Positions 11,125 through 19,573 of a stretch of 64,000 nucleotides of DNA are shown here, piece after piece (the first letter of the stretch is position 1; each line of letters begins with the position of its first letter). Location: the NCBI GenBank assembly GCA_963845755.1, contig CAWJTV010000022.1, forward strand, positions 96,001 to 160,000, written 5' to 3'. Origin of the DNA: an uncultured Planctomycetota bacterium (lineage in GTDB: Bacteria > Planctomycetota > Planctomycetia > Isosphaerales > Isosphaeraceae). Below the pieces are notes generated by a model. That model worked only from the letters and a program-made list of their open reading frames with translations, did no database searches and was not told the origin of the DNA. The translations under genes and the position numbers were made by a program.

Positions 11125-13125
11125 GTGCCAATCCGCGTCATCTGCCCGTCCTGCGGCCGAACGAGTCGCCGACCGGACCGAGCCATCGGGCGGACCATCA
11201 CATGCCAGGCTTGTAGTTACAGCCATATTCTAACAGAAGACATGACGGAGCCCGAGGACGAACCACGCCCGAAGGCAGCCCAGTCATCCCGAGTGCAGCC
11301 TCGGACGCAACCGGCCGTGCCGGCGCAACGGCCGACCAGGACCACGCCCGTTGACCCTTCGCATGACGGTCACGACGTTCCGGCCGGGCTACGCCTGTCG
11401 GGACGGGCCCTGGTGAGCGGGGCGATTGGCGCGGCCCTGCTGTTGATCGTGTCGGCCTGCCTGGCCGTCACCATGTTGCTCGGTTCTGCCAAGGTGAGCG
11501 AGGTTGAGGTGGCGTCCGTCGCAGACCCGAAGGCGCCCCAGACCCCGGCCGCCGCAGCCCCCAAACCGGCCGCCGTCAACTCCAGTGGCGCGGCGGCCCA
11601 GCCCGATCCCGCCGGCACGAACCCGCCGGCGACCGCCGCCGACAAGACCGGCGCCTTGACTCAGCAATCCGCCTCCAACGGCGAGAAGTCGCCCGCCGCG
11701 GATACCACCGCCGCGAACCCGACCCCAGACACGCCCGCAACGGATACCACCGCCGCGAGCCCGACCCCAGACACGCCCGCAACGGACACCACCGCCTCGA
11801 ACCCGACCGCGGACACGCCCGCAGCGGACACCACTGCCGCGAACCCGGCCGCCCCCCCCGCGGCGAACCCGCCCGCGACCGTCGCCGATGCCAACGCCGC
11901 GAACCCACCGACGACGCCCACCGACGCCAACGCCGCCGGTGCGAGCCCGACCGCGGCCACGGCCGCCGCCGACTCCAGTGGCACGGCCGCCCAGCCGGAC
12001 CCCGCCGGCGCGAACCCGCCGGCTACCGCGCCCGCCACGGACGCCAACGGTACGAACCCGGCCGCCAACGCCGCCGGCGCGAGCCCGACCGCGGCCACGG
12101 CCGCCGCCGACTCCAATGGCACGGCCGCCCAGCCGGACCCCGCCGGCGCGAACCCGCCGGCTACCGCGCCCGCCACGGACGCCAACGGTGCGAACCCGAC
12201 CGCACCCCCCACCGCGAGCCCACCGGCGACCACCGCCGATGCCAACGCCGCGAACCCATCGGCGACGCCCACCGACGCCAGCGCCGCCGGCGCGAGCCCG
12301 ACCGCGGCCACGGCCGCCGCCGACTCCAGTGGCACGGCCGCCCAGCCGGACCCCGCCGGCGCGAACCCGCCGGCTACCGCGCCCGCCACGGACGCCAACG
12401 GTGCGAACCCGGCCGCCAACGCCAACGCCGCGGGCACCGGCGCCGCGAACCCTGCCGCCCCCCCCGCCGCGAACCCACCCGCGACCGCCGCTGATTCCAA
12501 CGCCGCGAACCCGACCACCGACACCGGCGGCGCGAACCCGACCGCAGCCAACACCGACGGCTCGGCCGCCCAGCCCGATCCCAACGCCGCGAACCCGACC
12601 GCACCCCCCGCAGCCAACACCAGCGGCACGGACCCGCAGTCCGACCCCGCCGGGACGAGCGGCGCTGGTACGACCGGGACCGGCACCTCGGGTACCGGCA
12701 CGACAGCCACCGGCACAACCGGCACCGGTTCGTCGGGCATCGGCGTGCCGGCGCCGGGCCCGACCGTAGTCGGCTCGCCAGGGACTGGTCCGACGGTAGT
12801 CGGCTCGCCAGGGACTGGTCCGACGGTAGTCGGCATGTCCGGCCAGGGCAAGGGTCCCCGTCCGACCGGGACCGGTGCGCCGGCCAACGGCAAGGGCTCC
12901 CGTCCGACCGGGACCGGTGCGCCGGCCAACGGCAAGGGCCACCGTCCGACCGGGACCGGTGCGCCGGCCAACGGCACGAAAGGCACCGGCGCGTCGAGCC
13001 ACAAGCCTCCCTCGCAGGCGCGACCCCGGCCGGGACCGCACCCGACGCCGCACACACTTCCGGCGAGGCAGAAGAGCCCGCACCCGTCGCAACCAACTCC
13101 AAAGCACCGCGCGCACACGAGATGA
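11125..13125 (+). CDS. Zinc-ribbon, single TM helix and long low-complexity Ala/Pro/Thr/Asn repeat protein
   Basis: GTG start after GGAGG. CPSC...CQAC zinc ribbon, TM ALVSGAIGAALLLIVSACLAVTMLLG, then nested repeats. Confidence 0.8.
   Translation: MPIRVICPSCGRTSRRPDRAIGRTITCQACSYSHILTEDMTEPEDEPRPKAAQSSRVQPRTQPAVPAQRPTRTTPVDPSHDGHDVPAGLRLSGRALVSGAIGAALLLIVSACLAVTMLLGSAKVSEVEVASVADPKAPQTPAAAAPKPAAVNSSGAAAQPDPAGTNPPATAADKTGALTQQSASNGEKSPAADTTAANPTPDTPATDTTAASPTPDTPATDTTASNPTADTPAADTTAANPAAPPAANPPATVADANAANPPTTPTDANAAGASPTAATAAADSSGTAAQPDPAGANPPATAPATDANGTNPAANAAGASPTAATAAADSNGTAAQPDPAGANPPATAPATDANGANPTAPPTASPPATTADANAANPSATPTDASAAGASPTAATAAADSSGTAAQPDPAGANPPATAPATDANGANPAANANAAGTGAANPAAPPAANPPATAADSNAANPTTDTGGANPTAANTDGSAAQPDPNAANPTAPPAANTSGTDPQSDPAGTSGAGTTGTGTSGTGTTATGTTGTGSSGIGVPAPGPTVVGSPGTGPTVVGSPGTGPTVVGMSGQGKGPRPTGTGAPANGKGSRPTGTGAPANGKGHRPTGTGAPANGTKGTGASSHKPPSQARPRPGPHPTPHTLPARQKSPHPSQPTPKHRAHTR
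11575..12975 (+). repeat. Nested intragenic tandem repeats
   Basis: 39-bp DTTAxxPTxDTPA units, three ~120-bp AAGASPTAATAAADS...DANG blocks, 30-bp GPTVVGSPGT x3 and 42-bp GKGxRPTGTGAPAN x3. Confidence 0.9.
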
Positions 13126-13204
13126 GATCGCGATCAACGGACGATGCCCCGCAAGTAGCATCGAGTCGCGCCAACGAAGAACCATCCCTTTCGGAGAACG
13201 GACG

Positions 13205-14554
13205 ATGATCTTCCTTCGACGATGCCTGGCCGGCCTACTCCTGCTCCCCGGTCTCTGGCCCGCCGCGTCGGTCCGCGCCGACGAGGCGGAGGACGAGGTG
13301 ATCGCCGCGCTCAAGAAGCTCGATGGCAGGCTCATCCAGGACCCGAAGATGGCGGGCAATCCAGTCGTTCAGGCATACCTCCGGGGCGTCAAAGTCACCG
13401 ATGAGGCGCTCCCGGAGCTGTCGAAACTCAAGCAGCTCCGCATCTTGTTCCTCGACCGAAGCCATGTATCGGACGCAGGGTTGAAGGTCCTTCGTGCCTG
13501 CGAGAACTTGCACGCCCTGGGCCTCCAAAGCACCGCGGTGACGGACGCGGGGTTGAAGGAACTCCGAGGACTCGGGAACCTTCGCGCACTGCACCTCACT
13601 AACACGAGGGTGACCGACGCCGGGCTCGAGGAACTCCGCGGACTCGAGAACCTACGGACGCTCGACCTGGGCGGGACCCGTACGACGGATCGAGGGAGGA
13701 AAGAGCTGCTCGCGGCCTTGCCGAAGCTCAGGATCATCGACTCGACTCGCCGGCAAAGACTCGCGCATGCGAAGGCAAGCCCATCGGCGTCGGTCCGACT
13801 GCCCAAGGACACGAAACCCGACGTGCGGTTCGTCTTCGAGTTCGACAAGCTGGACTTCCACTCGGGCGATGCCCAGAAGGACGCCGACCTGAAGGCGGAC
13901 TGCGATTCCTTCGCCGAGACGATGCGCAGCCGGGTCTATCCCATCCTCAGGGAGATCACCGGCGTCCATGTAGGGCAATACCAAAAGGAAATCCGATACA
14001 CGATCCATCCGGCCGGGACCATGGGCGGGAGGACCGTCGGCAATCACGTCGACCTGGACCAGCGCTATAGCGTCAGTTGGGAGGATGATCGTCTCCCTCA
14101 CGAAATACATGAATTGATTCATGTTATCAATGGTTATTCCCATGTGCTACGAGGAGGCGGCGACCACATCTGGCACGAGGCGCTCATCGCCGCCGTCGAA
14201 GTGCGCCTGGGTTGGCAACCCTCGATGACTCGGGCTCGCATGATGGCCGAAGCCGGGAGACTCCTCGAGAGGATCGAGGCGTCGCATGACATACCGAATT
14301 CCTACTCATCCCGCTGCGGGCTCCTCTCGGACCGACTTGGGGTCCTGTATTTCGATCTCGGGGAGGAGGCCATCGGGCGGCTCTACGGGAGCACGATCAA
14401 GCCTCTCCCCACTCGCAAGCCGAGCAAGGAGATGATTGACGCCTGGCGCACGGAGGCGGAGGCCAGGAAAGTTCAGGCCCTCCTGGAGATGCTGAAGCAC
14501 GATTACAAGTTTACATTCGACCAGAGGACGCGCTTGGCGCTCGGCTGCCCATAG
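13205..14554 (+). CDS. Secreted leucine-rich-repeat protein with C-terminal HExxH domain
   Basis: Signal peptide, 24-aa LRRs (VTDAGLKELRGLGNLRALHL), then HELIH followed by WHEAL. Confidence 0.8.
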   Translation: MIFLRRCLAGLLLLPGLWPAASVRADEAEDEVIAALKKLDGRLIQDPKMAGNPVVQAYLRGVKVTDEALPELSKLKQLRILFLDRSHVSDAGLKVLRACENLHALGLQSTAVTDAGLKELRGLGNLRALHLTNTRVTDAGLEELRGLENLRTLDLGGTRTTDRGRKELLAALPKLRIIDSTRRQRLAHAKASPSASVRLPKDTKPDVRFVFEFDKLDFHSGDAQKDADLKADCDSFAETMRSRVYPILREITGVHVGQYQKEIRYTIHPAGTMGGRTVGNHVDLDQRYSVSWEDDRLPHEIHELIHVINGYSHVLRGGGDHIWHEALIAAVEVRLGWQPSMTRARMMAEAGRLLERIEASHDIPNSYSSRCGLLSDRLGVLYFDLGEEAIGRLYGSTIKPLPTRKPSKEMIDAWRTEAEARKVQALLEMLKHDYKFTFDQRTRLALGCP

Positions 14555-14677
14555 GGGGCCCTTTCACAAAGGCCGGGTTCGCGACGCACGACGCGATCGC
14601 GATCGCGATCATCGACAACGGTGGCTGGCCTGTAGACATCGTCCACGGTCCTCACTCCCATGAATTGAAGTCCGCTC

Positions 14678-14894
14678 CTCGGTCGATCGAACGGATGCTT
14701 CCAGATTACGCTTCCTGGATGACGTCCGACGCGTCGATCCGCCCCTGCAACCGCCGATCCATCCTCAGCGCAACCATGCGCCGGAGCCGATCGCCGTGCC
14801 GTGTCAGCAGGGTGCCCAGGGCCCGCGGATCACCGCGGGCCGCCTGCTCGAGCAAGTGGTTGGTCACATCCGAGTTGCTGGTCATCGAAGACAC
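14678..14894 (-). pseudogene. Truncated 5' copy of the ECF sigma gene
   Basis: MTSNSDVTNHLLEQAARGD...DASDVIQEA, then a stop caused by an extra base. Homology ends near 14678. Confidence 0.85.
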
Positions 14895-15236
14895 CGTGCC
14901 GAGAGTGGTTCACACCGCAACCCAGGGCCCGCGCATCCGAGGCCGACGGCAAGATCGCGCGAACCCCTCAAAGAGTAAACCGCGCAGGCGGACCAAAAGG
15001 GGACAGGAAAATGGGAATTTTTTGACTCCCTCACGCATCATATCGAGGAGATTCGCAAATTTTCAAAGATTCGTGACGTTTTCTTGTACCGTTGGGGGCA
15101 AGTCGCGCGGTTAAGGGTGTAGCGACGCCCAGCAGAAGTCTCACAAGGCGGGCGTGCCCGGCGCGAGGTGCGCGGCCGGGGACAGCGGCTCCGTCGTGGT
15201 ATCGCGGACCGTATTCCGACAGCCCAGAGGCTGATC

Positions 15237-15407
15237 ATGTCCCGTTCATCGTGGCGTTCCTGCGCCGTTTCGATCAGCCAAGCCCGGCGCGGCCCGCGTC
15301 GCAAGCCGGCGTAGCGGCCGAAAACGGCCCGCCTTGTCCTGGAGTCGCTCGAAGGTCGGGCGCTGCTGACGACCTATGACGCGAGCAGGGTCTCGGCCCT
15401 GATCGCC
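15237..15407 (+). pseudogene. Second 5' remnant of the LExR-xLL gene
   Basis: MSRSSWRSCAVSISQARRGPRRKPA*RPKTARLVLESLEGRALLTTYDASRVSALIA, with TAG at 15312. Confidence 0.7.
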
Positions 15408-15559
15408 GACTCGCCCATTGTTCGGGCGAGTCAGGGGAACTAAACGGTCTGGCGGTCGGGTCGGCTCTCATCAGGGAATCCACAGAGTGATCATTCCTGA
15501 GTGAGGTTGCCGCCTGCGCCGTCGGGAAGGTCAACTCAATAACAACGAGGAGGTGATCG

Positions 15560-16450
15560 ATGACAAGCCTGGCGAAGAGACGGTGGTTTCACGGGATGGT
15601 GGCGACCCTGCTCCTCACGCTTGGCGCGGCAGCGGAGACGAGGGCGGACACCGTGGTGTACGCCACCGCCGACAACGGCACAACGAACCTGTTCGGCACG
15701 ATGGACCTGACGACAGGTCAGTTCACCCAGATTGCGACGACGACCCCACTGTTCGGATCCATCACTGCCGGGGCTGGTGGAACCCTCTACGGCGGGGAGG
15801 GCAACCTCAACTACAACCTCGCCACGATCAGTCCCTCGGGCGTGCCGTCCCAGTTCGGCACGGTCACCGCGCCCAGCAATTCCTATGGCTTCACCGGGCT
15901 CGCCTCGGCGGGAGCGGCGGGTTTTTACGCCATTTACCAGATCGGTTCGTTACCCGGGCCATTCTCGGCAACCTTCGAGCACATTTCCGCCGACGGCAAT
16001 AGCTCGAGCGTCGTGGGGACTCTGAGTACATCGTTTTGGAGCTTCAACAGCGGCAACCTCGCTTTCGGACCGGATGGGAAGCTCTACTTCGACGTCTGGC
16101 CCACGTCGAGCAAAGTCGCCACTCTCTACCAGGTGAATACCACGACTGGGGCCGCGACCGCGGTGGGCTCTGGCCTGGGCACGACCGACCCCCTGGCGCT
16201 GGTCTCCGCCGGATCAACGCTCTATGGAATCGACACCTTCATCCCCTCCGCTCCGTCGATCTTTACGATCAACACCACTACAGGCGTGGCGACCGAGATC
16301 GGCACGGTCTCTGGCCTGCCGACGGGATACACGATCGACACGATGGGTGGCAGCGTACCGGAGCCTGGCACGATCACGCTTCTTTGCACTGGCACACTTG
16401 TCCTCCTGGTTTTCTCTCGGCACGTCCGTAGGACCTCATGCAGGGGGTAA
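15560..16450 (+). CDS. PEP-CTERM sorting domain protein
   Basis: RBS GAGGAGG, signal peptide, C-terminal VPEPGTITLLCTGTLVLLVFSRHVRR. Confidence 0.9.
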   Translation: MTSLAKRRWFHGMVATLLLTLGAAAETRADTVVYATADNGTTNLFGTMDLTTGQFTQIATTTPLFGSITAGAGGTLYGGEGNLNYNLATISPSGVPSQFGTVTAPSNSYGFTGLASAGAAGFYAIYQIGSLPGPFSATFEHISADGNSSSVVGTLSTSFWSFNSGNLAFGPDGKLYFDVWPTSSKVATLYQVNTTTGAATAVGSGLGTTDPLALVSAGSTLYGIDTFIPSAPSIFTINTTTGVATEIGTVSGLPTGYTIDTMGGSVPEPGTITLLCTGTLVLLVFSRHVRRTSCRG

Positions 16451-16482
16451 GATCCGTGCAGGGGGTGCCGGGCCCAGTTTGA

Positions 16483-16617
16483 GAACCAGGTGAACAGGAA
16501 AAGAAAGGCGGCGGGTGAGGCCCTCGCCGCCAAGAAAGTCTCTGGGGCCCGGCGAGTCCCGGCGCTGGTACCTGCGCCAGGGTCCACTTGCTCATTCATT
16601 TCATTGCGGACCGCATC
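16483..16617 (+). promoter_or_regulatory. Conserved 5' leader (candidate cis-regulatory element)
   Basis: Aligns by eye with 19374-19502. Contains a GGCGGCG...CGCCGCC hairpin and the ATTGCGGACCGCAT motif. Confidence 0.55.
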
Positions 16618-16635
16618 GAAACAAGGAGCTTCACC

Positions 16636-19269
16636 ATGTCTCTTTCCACCTGGCTTTCGGGGAGTTTTTCGCACAGCCTGGCCCGGCGCGCGCAGCGCCC
16701 TGGCCCGGCGACAGCGTCGTCCCACCGCCGGCACACCTTCCGGCCCAGTCTGGAAGGACTCGAGATCCGGCTCACATTGAGCCTGACCACGCTGGCTACG
16801 TTCGTCGGCAACGGCGGTGAAAGCCCGATCGGCGGCGTGATCATGGACAGCAGCGGCAATCTCTATGGCACGACCGAGTATGGAGGCGCTGACAGCCAAG
16901 GCACCGTTTTCGAGCTCGCCCAGGGCGGCAGCACCATCACCCCCCTGGCGTCGTTCAACGGCACCAACGGAGCCAATCCACAGGCCAGCCTGATCATCGA
17001 CAGCAGCGGCAATCTGTACGGCACCACGTTCTATGGAGGCACCTCGTGGAACGGAACGACCAATGACGGTTATGGCACGGTTTTCGAGGTGGCGAAGGGG
17101 AGCGGCACGATCACCACGCTGGTCTCGTTCACCGGCGCCAATGGCAACGGTGCGTACCCGCGTGGCGGCGTGATCATGGACAGCGGCGGTAATCTGTACG
17201 GCACAACGGAGGAAAGCCGCGGAGGCTACGGCGAGGTTTTCGAGTTGGCCCACGGCAGCGGCACGATCACCTCGGTCAACCTCACCGTTGGCGAAGACCC
17301 GCAGGGCGGCGTGGTCATGGACAGCAGCGGTAATCTGTACGGCACAGGGACCGGAGGAATCGACGACATCGTTTTCGAGCTGGCCCACGGCAGCCGCGAG
17401 ACCACCGAGCTGGCTGAGCTCAACAAACCCATCGGCGCAGACCCGTATGACAGCCTGATCATGGACAGCAGCGGCAATCTGTACGGCACAGCGGCGGAAG
17501 GAGGCGCCTACCAAGACGGCACGGTTTTCGAGTTGGCCCACGGCAGCCACAAGCCCACTGCCCTGGCTTCGTTCAACGGCACCGACGGCAGAGAACCGTA
17601 TGCCAGCCTGATCATGGACAGCAGCGGCGATCTGTTCGGCACAACGTGGGAGGGAGGCGCCTCCAGCGACGGCACCGTCTTCGAGCTGGCCCAGGGCAGC
17701 GGCACCATCACCACCCTGGTCTCGTTCAACGGCACCAATGGCGCAGGCCCGAAAGACGCTCTGATCATGGACAGCAGCGGCAATCTGTACGGCACAACCG
17801 CTGGTGGAGGCGCCTCGGGCGAGGGCACGGTTTTCGAGCTCGCCAAGGTCGGCAGCGGGTACAGCAGCACGATCACCACGTTGGCTTCGTTCACCGGCGC
17901 CAATGGCATCGGTGCACACCCGGCAGACACCTTGATCATGGATAACAGCGGCAATCTGTACGGCACAACGCGTAATGGAGGCGTCTTCGGAGCCGGCTCT
18001 GGTGGTTATGGCACGGTTTTCGAGATGGCCCAGGGCAGCGGCACGATCACCACCCTGGCTTCGTTCAACGGCTCCGACGGCGCAGATCCGGAGGCCGGCC
18101 TGATCATGGACAGCAGCGGCAACCTGTACGGCACAACGTGTGGAGGAGCCTTCAACGGCGGCACGGTTTTCGAGTTGGCCCACGGGAGCGGCACGATCAC
18201 CACGCTGGCTACGTTCAACGGCACCAACGGTATGACCCCGTCTGCCAGCCTGATCATGGACAGCAAAGGCAACCTGTACGGCACAACATCTCAAGGAGGC
18301 GCCACTTTCGGCGTCTCGGATTTCGGAGACGGAACCGTGTTCGAATTGGCCCAGGGGAGCGGCACGATCACCACTCTGGCTTCGTTCAACGGCACCGACG
18401 GCGAAGCCCCCGATGGGGCCCTGATCATGGACAGCAGCGGCAATCTGTACAGCACAACATCTGAAGGAGGCACCTCCAACGACGGCACGGTTTTCGAGCT
18501 GGCCCATGGCAGCGGCACGATCACGACGCTGGCTTCGTTCAACGGCACCAACGGGTCAACACCGCTTGCCGGGCTGATAAGGGACAGCGGCGGCAACCTG
18601 TACGGCACGGCGTATGGTGGAGGTGCCACCGGCGACGGGACCGTTTTCGAGCTGGCCCATGGCAGCGGCACGATCACGACGCTGGCTTCGTTCAACAGCG
18701 CCGACGGTCTAGGTCCGTATGCCAGTCTGATCATGGACAGCAGTGGCAATCTGTACGGCACAACGTCTGGGGGAGGCCTCTCCTGGGGCACGGTTTTCAA
18801 GCTGGCCCACAACAGCGGCACGATCACCGCCCTGGCTTTGTTCAACGACAGCAACGGTGACGGTGAAAACCCGCTTGGCGGCCTGATCATGGACAGCAGC
18901 GGCAATCTCTACGGCACGACTCTTTTTGGAGCAGGCACCGCCGCCTCGGGAACGGTTTTTGAGCTGTCAGGGGCCGATGCCCTGCCGGCTGTGCGAATCG
19001 GCGGTTTGCGTTCCTCCACTGGCGCCGGCGCATCTCGAACACTCACCGCCAACGTTCCGGATGCCGTCGGCACCACCGACACCGGCGATGCCGGCACAGT
19101 CGACCTCACGAGCAACGACAGCACGGCCGGCCTGGCCGCGAATGACACGGCCGCGGAGATTGGAACGGATCCCTTCGGCGGGCTAGTTCCGCAAGAGAAA
19201 GGTAAGCCATCGATCACGGGCACGCTCTTCAGCTCGACCACGGGCAGCCTGAGCGCGGATGGTTCTTGA
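16636..19269 (+). CDS. Extracellular Gloeo/Verruco (GloVer) tandem-repeat protein with LExR-xLL N-terminus
   Basis: RPSLEGLEIRLTLS, then many ~48-aa repeats LIMDSSGNLYGTT..GG....GTVFELAxGSGTITTLASFNG. Confidence 0.9.
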   Translation: MSLSTWLSGSFSHSLARRAQRPGPATASSHRRHTFRPSLEGLEIRLTLSLTTLATFVGNGGESPIGGVIMDSSGNLYGTTEYGGADSQGTVFELAQGGSTITPLASFNGTNGANPQASLIIDSSGNLYGTTFYGGTSWNGTTNDGYGTVFEVAKGSGTITTLVSFTGANGNGAYPRGGVIMDSGGNLYGTTEESRGGYGEVFELAHGSGTITSVNLTVGEDPQGGVVMDSSGNLYGTGTGGIDDIVFELAHGSRETTELAELNKPIGADPYDSLIMDSSGNLYGTAAEGGAYQDGTVFELAHGSHKPTALASFNGTDGREPYASLIMDSSGDLFGTTWEGGASSDGTVFELAQGSGTITTLVSFNGTNGAGPKDALIMDSSGNLYGTTAGGGASGEGTVFELAKVGSGYSSTITTLASFTGANGIGAHPADTLIMDNSGNLYGTTRNGGVFGAGSGGYGTVFEMAQGSGTITTLASFNGSDGADPEAGLIMDSSGNLYGTTCGGAFNGGTVFELAHGSGTITTLATFNGTNGMTPSASLIMDSKGNLYGTTSQGGATFGVSDFGDGTVFELAQGSGTITTLASFNGTDGEAPDGALIMDSSGNLYSTTSEGGTSNDGTVFELAHGSGTITTLASFNGTNGSTPLAGLIRDSGGNLYGTAYGGGATGDGTVFELAHGSGTITTLASFNSADGLGPYASLIMDSSGNLYGTTSGGGLSWGTVFKLAHNSGTITALALFNDSNGDGENPLGGLIMDSSGNLYGTTLFGAGTAASGTVFELSGADALPAVRIGGLRSSTGAGASRTLTANVPDAVGTTDTGDAGTVDLTSNDSTAGLAANDTAAEIGTDPFGGLVPQEKGKPSITGTLFSSTTGSLSADGS

Positions 19270-19373
19270 CATCCAGCGCTCAGTCAATCGATCGCGGACC
19301 GCACCGCAAAAAAGACGGCGGACTTGCTGAAAAAGGCCGGCAACGCCAAGGCATAGCGTTCCGACGACGACCG

Positions 19374-19502
19374 GAACAAGTCAACAGAAAAAGCGGCAGG
19401 TGAGCCTCACCGCCGCCCAGGGGCTTGACCGGATCGGCAAAGCCCTGGCGCTCGGTCTGCGCGCGGGGGTGCTTGCTCAATCAGTGTATCGCGGACTGCA
19501 TC
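19374..19502 (+). promoter_or_regulatory. Conserved 5' leader (candidate cis-regulatory element)
   Basis: Homologous to 16483-16617. Contains hairpins GCGGC..GGTGA/TCACC..GCCGC and CCAGGG...CCCTGG and the ATCGCGGACTGCAT motif. Confidence 0.55.
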
Positions 19503-19573
19503 AGCGTTCGTGAGGGTGTCAGAGAGGCTGTTCATCGATCGAGATTGTTTAACATCAAGGGAGCAACAGAACC

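Larger units (their letters stand above)
14678..15407. repeat. Direct repeat copy 2 (~730 bp)
   Basis: Near-identical to 6653-7386. Confidence 0.95.

Noticed and set aside
11389..13359. Long minus-strand Gly/Arg/Val-rich ORFs
   Set aside because: Antisense of the low-complexity repeat gene.
6653..15407. Repeat pair as a diversity-generating retroelement TR/VR
   Set aside because: Too long, differences are not adenine-specific and include indels, and no reverse transcriptase is present.
16222..18507. 761-aa minus-strand repeat ORF
   Set aside because: Antisense of the GloVer-repeat gene.
16790..18965. Regular ~145-bp periodic repeats as a CRISPR array
   Set aside because: They are in-frame GloVer protein repeats with codon-level variation. 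There are no spacers and no cas genes.
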